DNA from: Chiloscyllium plagiosum
Taxonomy: Eukaryota
DNA: 64,000 bases
Reading direction: 5' to 3'
Assembly: GCF_004010195.1 (NCBI RefSeq)
Contig: NC_057719.1
Location: forward strand, 21,040,979 to 21,104,978
This document shows, piece after piece, positions 1-11,063 of this stretch. The notes below the pieces were generated by a model. The model did no database searches, was not told where the DNA came from, and saw only the letters and a list, made by a program, of their open reading frames with translations. The translations under genes were made by a program, and so were the position numbers. Numbering within the stretch: the first letter of the stretch is position 1; each line of letters starts with the position of its first letter.

Positions 1-108
1 CATTCCCAGTCTGCCTCAAGTTTAAATCCGCCTGCACACATGCTATCCTGCTGCTTATCTTTCCATTTAACTCCATACTCCCTGTCACTTTCACTTTCCC
101 TTCCCAAC

Positions 109-1209
109 TCAGAAGTTTAAAGTCCTACTGACCACCCTATTTATCCTCTTCGCTAGGACATTGGTACCTGATTGGTTCAGGTGGAGACCGTCCCAACGGT
201 ACAGATCCCCCCGGTTCCAAAACTGATGCCAATGCCCCATGAAGTGGAATCCCTCTTTCCCACACCAATCCCTTAGCCACATGTTTACTTCCCTAATTTT
301 CTTATCCCCATGCCAATTGATACGTGGCTTGGGCACTAATCCAGAGATTATGACCCTTGAGGACCTGTACTTCAATTTCCTTCCTAGTGCTTGATAATCC
401 CCAAACAGGTCCTCCACCCTAGCTTTGCCTATGTTGTTAGTCCCAACGTGGACCACAACAACTGGATCCTCCCCCTCCCGCTCCAATATCCTTTCAAGCC
501 GGTTGGAGATGTCCCGCACCCTGGCACGGGGCAGGCAAACACCATGCGGAGACCCCCGATCCGGCTTGCAAAGGATACTATCTGTCCCCCTAATTATAGA
601 ATCCCCTATAACAACTACTTGTCTTTTTGCTCCCCCCTCTTGAATGGCCTTCTGCACCATGGTGCCGTGGTCAGTTGGCTTATCCTGTCCAGAGCCCTTT
701 TGCTCATCCGTACCATGAACAAGAATCTCATACCTGTTGGACAAGGTCAAGGGCTGAGGTACTTGTCTATTAGCTCCCCTCTCTTGAATGCCCTTCTGCA
801 CCATGGTGCCGTGGTCAGTTGGCTCATCCTGTCCAGAGCCCTTTTACTCATCTGTACAGGGAGCAAGAATCTCATACCTGTTGGACAAGGAGTGCTGAGG
901 CTCCTCCACTCCTGAACTCCGGTTCCCCCTACCTGCCTCACTTACAGTCACACTCTGATGTCCCTGATCACTAACTGAATGTGAATTACTTAATCTCCCA
1001 GGTGTGACTGCCTCCTGAAACAAAGTGTCCAGGTAACTCTCCCCCTCCCGGATGTGCCGCAGCATTTGAAGCTCAGATTCCAGATCATCAACTCTGATCC
1101 GGGTTTCTTCCAGCAACCAACACTTGCTGCAGATGTGGGCACTGCAGTTCACAATGGAATCAGCCAGCTCCCACATCATACAGTTCCAGCACATCACCTG
1201 CCCAGCCAT
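109..1209 (-). pseudogene. CR1 ORF1 (zinc finger/leucine zipper + SGNH/GDSL esterase), frameshifted
   Basis: 844..1209 CWNC..ICSKC plus heptad coil; 109..804 has VIGDSIIRG, VHVGTNN and DGLHLN esterase blocks; the two halves are in different frames. Confidence 0.88.
629..900. repeat. Tandem duplication (~144-bp period) inside CR1 ORF1
   Basis: ttgaatg.ccttctgcaccatggtgccgtggtcagttggct...caagaatctcatacctgttggacaagg occurs at ~640-748 and ~784-889. Confidence 0.92.
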
Positions 1210-1657
1210 CTCTGCTTAGTTAATTACTTTATTACTTTGTATAAATTTGAGTTAAAATACTTTCTCATACCTCTCTGCTATAGTCTTTCTAAAAATCAAT
1301 TAATAGATAAACCAAAAAAGAAAATTTTTAACCAGTCACTGATAAAGAAATAGAAATAGAAAATACTTACCCTAACAAACCAGAGTCCTTATTAACTAGG
1401 TTAGAGGAGGAGGGCGGGTGGGAGACACCACAGTTGTAGAGTCTTGGGTTTAGCCGCCTTCCTGATTTATATACTCACTGCTTTCCTTCCCGGCTGCCCC
1501 TCTGGTCATCGTCACTTCCCCCTGCTGCTTCCCACTCCTTCTGTGAAGGAGAAAAAAAAACACCACTGCCCGCTACCGGTAAGTAATTTTAAAACAAACT
1601 GTCTTACCTTAGCTGCAGTCTTCCGGGTTCGTTTAACCTTAGCTGCTGCTCGCACTC

Positions 1658-2712
1658 AAAAGTGTACAAGTCCTGCTAAGATTTGCTTTCCCAAAATGCA
1701 GTACCTCGCATTTATCTGAATTATACTCCATCTGCCACTTCTCAGCACATTGCCCATCTGGTCCAGATCCTGTTGTAATCTGAGGTAACCCTCTTCGCTG
1801 TCCACTACACCTCTAATTTTGGTGTCATTTGCAAACTTACTAACTGTGCCTCTTATGCTCACATCCAAATCATTTACGTAAATGACAAAAAGTAGAGGGC
1901 CCAGCACCGATCCTTGTGGCACTCCACCTGATCCTACCAACTAAGGACCTTTCATGTCCCCTCCTTGCTTCTCTTAGCTCTCTCTTCAGGTCCTTCCTGG
2001 CTACCTTATAACTCTCAATCGCCCCAATTGAACCTTCACGTCTCATCTTGAGATAGGCCGCCCTCTTCCATTTAACAAGGGATTCCAATTCCTTATTAAA
2101 CCACGGCTCCCTCACACGACCCTTTCCTCCCTGCCTGACGGGCACATACTTATCAAGGACACTCAATAGTTGCTCCTTGAACAAGCTCCACATATCAATT
2201 ACACCCTTGCCTCGAAGCTTACTTTTCCAGGCCACACATCCTAAGTCATGCCTCAATATCTCCCCCATTTTCTGTGGCTCCACACAAAGGCCGCCTTGCT
2301 GATCTTCGAGGGGCCCAATTCTCTCCCTAGTTACCCTTTTGTCCTTAATATATTTGTAAAAACCCTTTGGATTCTCCTTAATTCTATTTGCCAAAGCTAT
2401 CTCATGTCCCCGTTTTGCCCTCCTGATTTCCCTCTTAAGTATACTCCTACTTTCTTTATACTCTTCTAAGAATTCACTCGATCTATCCTGTCTACACCTG
2501 ACATGTGCATCCTTCTTTTTCTTAACCAAGCCCTCAATTTCTTTAGTCATCCAGCATGCCCTATACCTACCAGCCTTCCCTTTCACCCTGACAGGAATAT
2601 ACTTTCTCTGGATTCTTGTTATCTCATTTCTGAAGGCTTCCCATTTTCCAGCCGTCCCTTTACCTGCGAACATGCCTCCAATCAGCATTTCGAAAGTTCT
2701 TGCCTAATACCG
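1658..2712 (-). mobile_element. Mosaic of three CR1 ORF2 fragments
   Basis: 1658-1927 is RT ([18 protein letters not shown]) matching 51342-51610 in reverse; 1928-2248 and 2249-2712 encode the same EN-RT linker region from two different subfamilies. Confidence 0.85.
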
Positions 2713-2814
2713 TCCTAACCAATAGAGCACAGAGAGGGGCCTGGGGATATACTCTAGGCAGTGCCCCAAGGAACAGTGTTGGAATTTTTACTCCTCTTGA
2801 TGGACATAATTACC

Positions 2815-2848
2815 TTCCTGAAGAAGGGCTTATGCCCGAAACGTCGAT
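2815..2848 (+). ncRNA. Minimal type-I hammerhead ribozyme (family A)
   Basis: CUGAAGA-A-GGGC-uuau-GCCC-GAAA-CG-UC; intact core. Confidence 0.85.
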
Positions 2849-2941
2849 TCTCCTGCACCTTGGATGCTGCCTGACCTGCTGCGCTTTTCCAGCAACACAT
2901 TTTTCAGCTCTGATCTCCAGCATCTGCAGTCCTCACTTTCT
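2818..2941 (+). mobile_element. PLE family A mini-element (pLTR 3' end with tail)
   Basis: Matches the 3' end of GIY-YIG-bearing PLE copies (5221, 52840); imperfect TSD cataattaccttcc 2805-2818 / cataattgctttcc 2942-2955. Confidence 0.85.
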
Positions 2942-3309
2942 CATAATTGCTTTCCCTTCAAAGACAAAAACCAACTGTAGCTATTTGTACTTGATAGTTT
3001 AAGCAACAGCAAGAACTCAGGACCTTTTTGGAATTGCAAAATTGTCTGGAGTAATCGAATGTAGCATTCAATGTCAAAAAACAGTCTAGATTGTTCTGTT
3101 ATGACGCATGCTTCATCGTCACAATTGGTGAACTGGGGGTGTTGTTTCTACAGCGTGAACTTTTAAAACACATGTAACGCGATTACATCACCAACACCTT
3201 AAGTGCTGTTTCTAAAGCATGATTCTTCTGTAGCACATAGTTGCACAAGAATGGAACCATCGCATTTCAGAAGAACTACCTTTATCTCACTTATTACAAA
3301 CAAACTAAT

Positions 3310-3680
3310 AGATATAAAATCAGAATTGCTGAAAAAGCTCAGCAGAACTAGCAGTATCTATGCAGAAAAATCAAAGTTAATATTTTGGTTTGAGTAACCC
3401 CCTCCTCAGAACTGATGGTAGCTAGGAAAATGTCAGTTTAAATGCAGAAGAGAGGATGGAGGGCAGGGGGTAAGGAGTAAATGATATGTGGGGAGTGAGA
3501 CCAAAGAGAGAACAGTTGGACATTCAAAGGAGTGCATAACATTCTGGCTAGCAGGTGAATAACTAACTATTCATGGGGACTTTTAGAGGGCCAACGATAG
3601 GTTGCATGTAGTAGAAAACTATGTGGTAACAAGGGCTGGTATGTGGTGGTTGGGGTAAGGACATGGGAGAGCTCAACCCC
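3310..3680 (-). mobile_element. Old PLE pLTR remnant (family E) with decayed hammerhead
   Basis: Reverse complement near 3375-3410 reads ctgaggag-ggggttac..aaccaaaa-tattaac, similar to the better-preserved copies at 35095-35127 and 63033-63065. Confidence 0.55.
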
Positions 3681-4613
3681 CATTAGTAGGAATGGAATCT
3701 TATCAGGACCAGAATGCTATAGTGTGAAATGTGGCAAAATCATATGAGAAGTCAAGCGAGGCATTCCACGTCGTTGGGCCTAAATTGTTGCATTTCCAAC
3801 AGAGTTTAAGCATCGAGATGTGATTCTCCCCGGGGAATCGTGAGATGCTGCCTAGTGGGATTATTGTTTATTAACAGTCTCAATAACATAGAATCTTGCT
3901 TCATTAATATGCATTCCACCTTATGCTGTGAGGAACTGGACATTGCCAATTACTGACATGGAAGTCAGTACCTGGCAGTATTAGCTTGCTGCGTGGTCCT
4001 CCAGACTGTTATTGTGGACACCAAGCAACAATGTCTCAAGGTTCAATTCAGGGCACCAGCTTTATATGCCACATGTCCATGGACATCGGTATCTGACAAT
4101 TGCCTTGCGGCACTTGTTCCACTTACAGAGCTCTTCTTCCTTTTAAAACTACACTTGTGGCACACCAGCAATTACCATGGATATGCTGCTGTAAGGATTC
4201 TTTGCCCGGAGGCTTGTGTGTCATAACAGGCTGCAGCTCAATGTTGCTCGCTTGCTCTCTTAGTGGACACTCACTTAGCACCTACCTCAATGGTCACAGT
4301 GTCTCTATTTTGCCTTGCCTTTCTGTGTCAGCAGTCCTCAGTGAAGGGAGCGGACAGTTGCTGTATGATACATTGCTGCGGCAGTCTCTCACCTGAACAA
4401 TGTGGCCAGCAACTGCAAACAGAATGCATGTATTGCAAGCAAACGGCCAAGGCTCAAAGTCTGGTTTTCAGTGCAATCTAAGGAGTCCAAGACTCAATGA
4501 ATCGATGGCAGTGTCTGAGGCCAGTACGTGGGCTTGGTCACGATCAGGCATCCAGTCGGGTGCTATCGACCCAGGGTCCATGGTTCTGCAGTTTGGGGAG
4601 TGGGTCATGGTCA

Positions 4614-5312
4614 GGCATTCACCTGCACCTCCACACATCATTTACTGCATCCATTTCACCCGATGTGGCCTCCTCTTCATTGGGGAGACAGGCCGCCTAC
4701 TTTCGGAACATTTCAGAAAAAACCTCTGGGACACCCGCACCAACCAACCCAACCGCCCCGTGGCTGAACACTTTAACTCCCCCTCCCACTCCACCAAGGA
4801 CATGCAGGTCCTTGGCCTCCTCCATCGCCAGACCATGGCAACACGATGCCTGGAGGAAGAGCACCTCATGTGTCTGCGTGGGTTTCCTCCGGGTGCTCCG
4901 GTTTCCTCCCACAGTCCAAAGATGTGCAGGTCAGGTGAATTGGCCATGCTAAATTGTCCGTAGTGTTAGGTAAGGGGCAAATGTAGGGGTATGGGTGGGT
5001 TGCGCTTCGGCGGGGTGGTGTGGACTTGTTGGGCCGAAGGGCCTGTTTCCACACTGTAAGTAATCTAATCTAATCTAATCTAATCTCTCCGCCCCCACCC
5101 CCTCTCTGGCCTATCACCCTCACCTTAACCTCCTTCCACCTATCGCATTCCCAATGCCCCTCCCCCAAGTCCCTCCTCCCTACCTTTTATCTTAGCCTAC
5201 TTGGCACACCCTCCGCATTCCTGAAGAAGGGCTTATGCCTGAAATGTCAATTTTCCTGTTCCTTTGATGCTGCCTGACCTGCTGCGCGTTTCCAGCAGCA
5301 CATTTTTAAGCT
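4614..5312 (+). mobile_element. PLE family A 3' fragment (GIY-YIG + pLTR), interrupted by a SINE
   Basis: IIYCIHFTRCGLLFIGETGR...VAEHFN GIY-YIG motif; pLTR with CpG-decayed hammerhead at 5221-5248. Confidence 0.85.
4869..5085 (+). mobile_element. HE1-type V-SINE, 5'-truncated
   Basis: gtctgcgtgggtttcctccgggtgctccggtttcctcccacagtccaaagatgtgc core; (taatc)n tail. Confidence 0.9.
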
Positions 5313-5632
5313 CCTTAATAACCAGTCTCGGGGTCTGGGCACTTTTTCCAGCTAGAGTGAGGCTTTAGAATTTGACAAGTGTAATGTCAAATGGACATGT
5401 TAAGTAATTGAGGAGGATATTTGGGACAATACAGCGAGAAATCTCCCTCAGCTTCATGGAGATAAATGCTTCATGAAACTCAATAAAATGGACACAACCA
5501 AATTATTATAATATTCAACCCATAACTGTTAGCCTATAGTGAAATTCTCCAATTAGTAGATTCATAGATTTCTGAACAATGATCTCTATTATGTCAATAA
5601 GAAATATCAGATTTGTAGTTGACCAAATATTT

Positions 5633-5980
5633 GGGGTGACATGGTGTCTCAGTGGTTAGCACTGCTGTCTCACAGTTCCAAAGACCTTGGTTCAATTCCA
5701 ACTTGTGTGACTGTTTATGTGGAGTTTTCACATTCTCCTTGTGCATCCTGGGTTTTCTTTGGGTGCACTAGTTTGCTCTCACAACCCAAAGATGCGTTGG
5801 TTAGATGAACTGGCAATGCTAAGTTGTTCTGTGGGTCCAAGTGTGTGTCGGTTAGGTGGATTAGCATTGGGAATTGCAGGGTGACAGAGATCGGGTGGGA
5901 CTGGGTAGAATGCCCTTCAGAGGGTCAGTGTAGACTTGAAGTACTGAATGGCTGCCTTCTACAATATAGGGATTTGAAGA
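5633..5980 (+). mobile_element. HE1-type V-SINE, diverged
   Basis: tRNA-like head (tggtgtctcagtggttagcact..ggttcaattcc) plus V-domain remnant. Confidence 0.8.
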
Positions 5981-6606
5981 TTTGTTCTTCCAACCCTGAC
6001 ATATGCAAGTTATATGTAGGATCCTTCTACATCAAGAATTGAAGTGATTCAGAGATACCATGATTCCAATGAATTATTTTGGAAGACACACATCCTGGAC
6101 CAATGTTTTGGAATGGGAATTACAGCAGCAAAGCATTGAGTGAAGTGGACCAACCATGGTTTGTACAATGTGGAAGTGACCAAAATAAAAGTGCTTGTAC
6201 CATCGGGCAAGGACAAAACATGAGGCCTTCACCTGTATATGTCAAGGGCCATTTGCCTCCAGGGCTGTATATTAATCTTTCTTGTTTCTCAAAGAAAGTC
6301 CCAAAGTGGAACAAATTGCTTTTGTAGAACCGTATTTTATATGAAAACTTGTTTTTTGAACTTGTTCACGAGAAGCATCTATTTGGTATTGTTGTTGTTT
6401 GTTTTTAAATGCCTAAACTGACATTCAAGTGACTTTGAGTAATTGTCATTGATGACTACAAATTTGCAATATTATATCTTCTACAATCAAATACTATTGA
6501 AATGAACCTGCCTGTAAAGCCTCACTAAGGAACAATTGGTTGAAGATAAACCATTGGAAATAATTACTTGGACCATAGGACCCTGGAGGAGAGAGGCATC
6601 TAAATC

Positions 6607-6876
6607 ATGAACTTTTCTACAACCTCTACCATCGGGGAGAAGGAACAGAGCATAGACACACGCACCAGCCAGTTTCAAAACATTTTCCAGCCTACTGTTG
6701 TTAGAATACTGAATGGACTCACGAACTCCTAATATTTGCCTGTACCTGCCTTTTAGTTTTTGCTTCTGTTTACCTATTATTTACTTATTTATGCCACTTA
6801 ACTCTGTGATCTGCCTGTATTGCTCGCAAGACAAAGCTTTTCACTGTGTCTCGGTGAATAACTTCAATTAAATTCA
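6607..6876 (+). mobile_element. Rex1/Babar-like LINE 3' end
   Basis: Encodes QPLPSGRR and ends aaagcttttcactgt..caattaaattca, similar to the minus-strand copy at 34215-34510. Confidence 0.6.
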
Positions 6877-7279
6877 AGTTACAAATGAAATATACTAGCA
6901 TTGTCCATATTTGTGTTAATGGATAGCTGAATACAAATTCCAAATGACAAGGCAAGCCTTTATTTGAGGCACCTTTGTTTTTCTCTGCAGAAGAGGACAA
7001 ATAACTGAGACACGAAGAAAGCACCCTGCGTAGATTCTTTCCCACTTTCTTTCTTTACCTTCAGCTAACTTTCAACTTCTGAACTCTACCTGCTGATTTT
7101 CACTTGCAGTTGCTGCAGTCAGAGATTTTTAAATAGCACTCTGCCCAGTGCTACTGTCTCCAGGAGAACTGTTGAAATCATCCATCTGCAACATTAAATT
7201 GCCTTGATCCTGAAGGTGACAAGAGAAAGGTATCTGTCCTGAAAACATCCAAAGCCACATCTCACATTAATTTTAACTG

Positions 7280-7552
7280 GGCTCCCTGGTTAGCACTGCT
7301 GCCTCACCATGCCAGAGACCTGGGTTCAATTGGGTGACTATCTGTGTTGAGTTTACACATTTTCTTCTGGTATAGGTTTCCACTTGGCTCTGGTTTCCTC
7401 CCACAGTCCAGATGTGTAGGTTAGGTGGATTAGCCATGGTAAAATTTGGAGTCATGGGGTGGGCAGGGGTGGTCTGGGTGAGCAGCTCTTCAGAGGGTCA
7501 GTGCAGACACTATGGGCCAAATGGTCTCTTTCCACACTGTAGGGGTTCTATT
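7280..7552 (+). mobile_element. HE1-type V-SINE, diverged
   Basis: ggttagcactgctgcctcac..gggttcaatt head, ggtttcctcccacagtcca core. Confidence 0.8.
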
Positions 7553-7839
7553 TCCATTTATACGTTTTTCAATTAATAGGATGACCATATTGGCATGTCC
7601 TATCTGATTTAGCCAGAACTAACCATGTTAACACTGAGAGACCACAGGTGTTTGTAATGCCAACACAACCATAACAGAAGCAGAAACATGCAGCTCCATG
7701 AAAATTGTGTTAAATCCATTTTATCTAATTATATTAATGGAATGGTCACGTAGACAATTCAGATAGTGGTCTATTACACTGATTTGCCCCAGAGAATGGA
7801 CATTGTTATTGATGGCATTGCTTTTCAAGCAAATTACTC

Positions 7840-8090
7840 CATCCCTACTCCAGGAGCTCAAAGCAAAATCTCAGCTGATGTCATGAGACAACACCAAAGG
7901 TGCTCCTTTTCATGAGATCCCTGTCTGACTGCGGTAACAAGAGAAAAATACACCATGGGACTGGCATAAGTTAAGTAATTCTCTCAGTGCTTTTGTCAAC
8001 CATCCTCTCTCACCTAACACCATCAAAATGTAAATTAATTGGTGAATTAGCCATTTGCTACATGTGAAAATTTACATGCATACAAATTTA
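7840..8090 (+). mobile_element. Ancient Deu-domain SINE-like remnant (SacSINE1/AmnSINE-like)
   Basis: ccctactccagg..gcaaaatctcagctga..aggtgctccttttcatgaga resembles the Deu-domain SINE core as I recall it; heavily decayed. Confidence 0.45.
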
Positions 8091-9375
8091 TTAATTAGGA
8101 AATGTAGGTTATTCTGGCCTTCGAATTGTTCTGTAATTCAATAAAATCTTGGCTGATTGGCTTATATTTCAAATCTCTCATTCCCATCTACACTGATAAC
8201 TTTGATTCACTGCCAAACAAAAATGCATCGACTATCACCTTCAAAATATTCAATGTCCCTGCCTTCCTGGGGCAGAGAGTTCCAAAGTCATACAACCCTC
8301 TGAGAAAAAAAAACCTTCTCATCTCTATCCCGAAAAGGTGCCTCCCAATTTTTAATCCCAGTTCTGTACTCACACAAGAAGATACATCACTTCCATGAGT
8401 CATCCTGCCAAGACAGTTCAGAATCTTATATATTTCAATGAACTAGCCAACAGTTTTATAAACAGCATTGAATACCAGCCTACTCCATCCAACCTTTCCT
8501 CAAAACATAACCCACACATTGCCATCCTTCATTGAATAAGGAAAGCAAATCTACATGAAATATTCAAGAAGTGGTCTCAACAAACCCTACAAAACTGAAG
8601 CATAATGTCCATAAGTTAAATTTCAAACCTAAGTTAAATTTTTCTCGTATTAAAAAATAGTATTCCATTAACATTTTGATTAGATACTGTGCCTGAATGC
8701 TAATTTATTTGTAAATTTAGATACCATTCCTTTGCTAACCTTATTTAAGTCACTCATATCAATTATAAAAGATTTGAGGCCCTAGCACAGTCAATTGCAA
8801 GACCTATTTGTCAGATCCCACTAATCACAGCAGGATCCATTTGTGCATTCTGTCTTTTTTCTGATGGCCAGTCAAACTTCTATCCATATTAATATGTTCC
8901 CTCCTCGCTCATGTACTTCAACCTTGTGCAATAACATTTTATGTGGCAGCTTGACTTCTGGAAATTCAAGTACAGTCTGACAATAGGCTTCCCCTGTCCA
9001 CGGTGCATATTGATTTTTCAAAGAACAACAAAAAATTGGTTAAAGGTTATTTACCTTTCGTAAAACATGCTCACTCTTCCCAATTACCATGAATGTTTCT
9101 ACCTTGTCGAGCTATAACCTTCTTAATGTTCCATTCCTTGACAGATATCACACTAACTGAACTATGGTTTACGGTTTCTTACATCCTTCCATTATTAAAT
9201 GTAGAGTCATGTTTGCAAATATTAGTCTCGTCTTTTCCAGAATCTGGCATACTTTGGAAAATTTATATCTACACCTCTACTATCTCATTAGCTACCTCTT
9301 TTAAGATTCTAGAATGAAGTCTGTCAGGATTGAATGTCTTGCATCCAGCAGCTCCATCTGTTTGCTCAGTATTGT

Positions 9376-9409
9376 TTCCTGAAGAAGGGCCTGTGCCCGA
9401 AACGTCGAA
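9376..9409 (+). ncRNA. Minimal type-I hammerhead ribozyme (family A)
   Basis: uuc-CUGAAGA-A-GGGC-cugu-GCCC-GAAA-CG-UC-gaa; stem I uuc/gaa. Confidence 0.88.
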
Positions 9410-9503
9410 TCTCCTGTTCCCTGGATGCTGCCTGACCTGCTGTGCTGTTCCAGCAATAAAGTTTCAACTTTGATCTCCAGCATCTGCAGACCTCACTTTC
9501 TCC
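9379..9503 (+). mobile_element. PLE family A mini-element, 125 bp
   Basis: Perfect 12-bp TSD cagtattgtttc 9367-9378 / 9504-9515; insert begins at CTGAAGA. Confidence 0.92.
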
Positions 9504-9877
9504 CAGTATTGTTTCATTAATGATTGTAATTTCACCAAGTTCTTCTAGTCCTTCCACATTTTGATTTAAAGCTATTATTCCGAGTTTGTCTCCTCTATCA
9601 CAGAGACAAGAGCTTAGCTTAGTATTTGCTAATTTCTTCCATTATTTCCTTCTTATTAACCCATTATTTCCTAACTGTTAACTCTCATTTCTCACCGACT
9701 AGAGGACAAAAATTAAAATTAATTGCTGTGTAAATGCCTGTAAAAACATTTGATGTCCACTTTGACATTTTGAGTTAGCTTCCTCTCATTAATTAACTTT
9801 TTCCTCCTTGTATTTTCATAAAAACGTTTGAAGGGAATCGATTGCTGTAAATGATATTGGGGTATCCTGACAACATG

Positions 9878-10172
9878 AGGAGGTGATGGCCTCATGGTAT
9901 TATCACTGGACTGTTAACCCAGAGTCCAAGATAATGTGGAATTTGAATCCAATAAAAATCCGGAATTAAGATGGCAATGAATTGATTGTCAGGAAAATAT
10001 CCATCTATTTCACAAATGTCCTTTAGCAAGTCAAATCGCCATCATTACCAGATCTGGCCTATGTGTGACTGTAGACCCACGTGTTGACTCTCAAGTACCT
10101 CTGACTAATTAGGGATGGGCAACAAATCCTGGCCTAGCCAAAGACATCCTCATCCTTTGAATGAATAAAAAA
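9878..10172 (+). mobile_element. tRNA-like SINE of a second family, with LINE-shared 3' tail
   Basis: A-box-like tggcctcatggt head; body similar to 42750-42995; tail aattagggatgggcaa..gaatgaataaaaaa. Confidence 0.65.
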
Positions 10173-10267
10173 ATCCTAATCAATAATAATAATCAAAGTT
10201 TGTGCGAAGATTTGTAGCTCGGGTGCTCGTTGCTGTGGTTCTGTTCGCCGAGCTGGAAGTTTTTGTT

Positions 10268-10306
10268 GCAAGCGTTTCGTCCCTGGCTAAGCGACATCAT
10301 CAGTGC
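10268..10306 (-). ncRNA. Hammerhead motif (family B), cleavage-site U mutated to C
   Basis: Reverse complement gca-CUGAUGA-U-GUC...GAC-GAAA-CG-CU-ugc. Confidence 0.7.
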
Positions 10307-10853
10307 TTGGGAGCCTCCTGCGAAGCACTTCTTTGATGTTTCCTCCGGTGTTTATAGTGGTCTGTCCCTGCCGCTTCCAGTTGTCAGTTTCACCTGTCCG
10401 CTGTAGTGGTTGGTATATTGGGTCCAGGTCGATGTGTTTGTTGATGGAGTTTGTGGATGAATGCCATGCCTCTAGGAATTCCCTGGCTGTTCTCTGTCTG
10501 GCTTGCCCTATGATAGTAGTGTTGTCCCAGTCGAATTCATGTTGTTTATCCCTGGGCACTATGGGTAATTTAGCATGACCAGCTATCCTTAGTAGCCACA
10601 CGCGCAGACAACAAGCAACATGAATTCGACTGGGACAACACTACTATCATAGGGCAAGTCAGACAGAGAACAGCCAGGGAATTCCTAGAGGCATGGCATT
10701 CATCCACAAACTCCATCAACAAACACATCGACCTGGACCCAATATACCAACCACTACAGCGGACAGCTGAAACTGACAACCGGAAGCGGCAGGGACAGAC
10801 CACTATAAACACCGGAGGAAACATCAAAGAAGCGCTTCCCAGGAGGCTTCCAA

Positions 10854-10893
10854 GCACTGATGATGTCGCCTAGCCAGGGGACGAAACGTTTGC
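10854..10893 (+). ncRNA. Minimal type-I hammerhead ribozyme (family B)
   Basis: gca-CUGAUGA-U-GUC-g-CCU-agcc-AGG-g-GAC-GAAA-CG-UU-ugc; stem I gca/ugc. Confidence 0.88.
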
Positions 10894-10943
10894 AACAAAA
10901 ACTTCCAGCTCGGCGAACAGAACCACAGCAATAATAATAATCA

Positions 10944-11063
10944 GATGATGAAGAAGCAGCGCTCTGAAAGCTAGTGCTTCCAATTAAACTTGTTGGACTA
11001 TAACCTGGTGTGGTGTGATTTTTAACTTTGTACACTCCAGCCCAACACTGGCATCTCCAAATC
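10944..11063 (+). mobile_element. PLE family C mini-fragment (decayed hammerhead to tail)
   Basis: tgatgaagaagcagcgctctgaaagctagtg..cactggcatctccaaatc, matching the pLTR at 31588-31672. Confidence 0.85.

Larger units (their letters stand above)
1..1657 (-). mobile_element. CR1-clade LINE, 5' part (5'UTR, ORF1, start of ORF2 running off the window edge)
   Basis: ORF1 has CxxC...CxxC followed by a coiled coil and an SGNH esterase, the layout typical of vertebrate CR1; same layout as the copy at 18900; 5' boundary approximate. Confidence 0.88.
8095..9790 (-). mobile_element. Old, decayed CR1 ORF2/3' end
   Basis: RRFFFLRG..GTLCPRKA C-terminal motif and 3'UTR hairpin region similar to the younger CR1 copies. 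Confidence 0.7.
10196..10928. mobile_element. PLE family B (Poseidon-like) fold-back insertion
   Basis: Inverted arms 10230-10545 / 10616-10931 encode the EN C-terminus HEFDWDNT..REFLEAWHS; 15-bp TSD caataataataatca 10181-10195 / 10929-10943. Confidence 0.92.

Noticed and set aside
109..804. Stand-alone SGNH/GDSL lipase gene
   Set aside because: It is the esterase domain of CR1 ORF1, embedded in LINE context
1870..2688. 272-aa novel protein
   Set aside because: Chance in-frame fusion of CR1 ORF2 fragments
6079..6327. 82-aa ORF as a possible exon
   Set aside because: No recognisable motif or convincing splice signals
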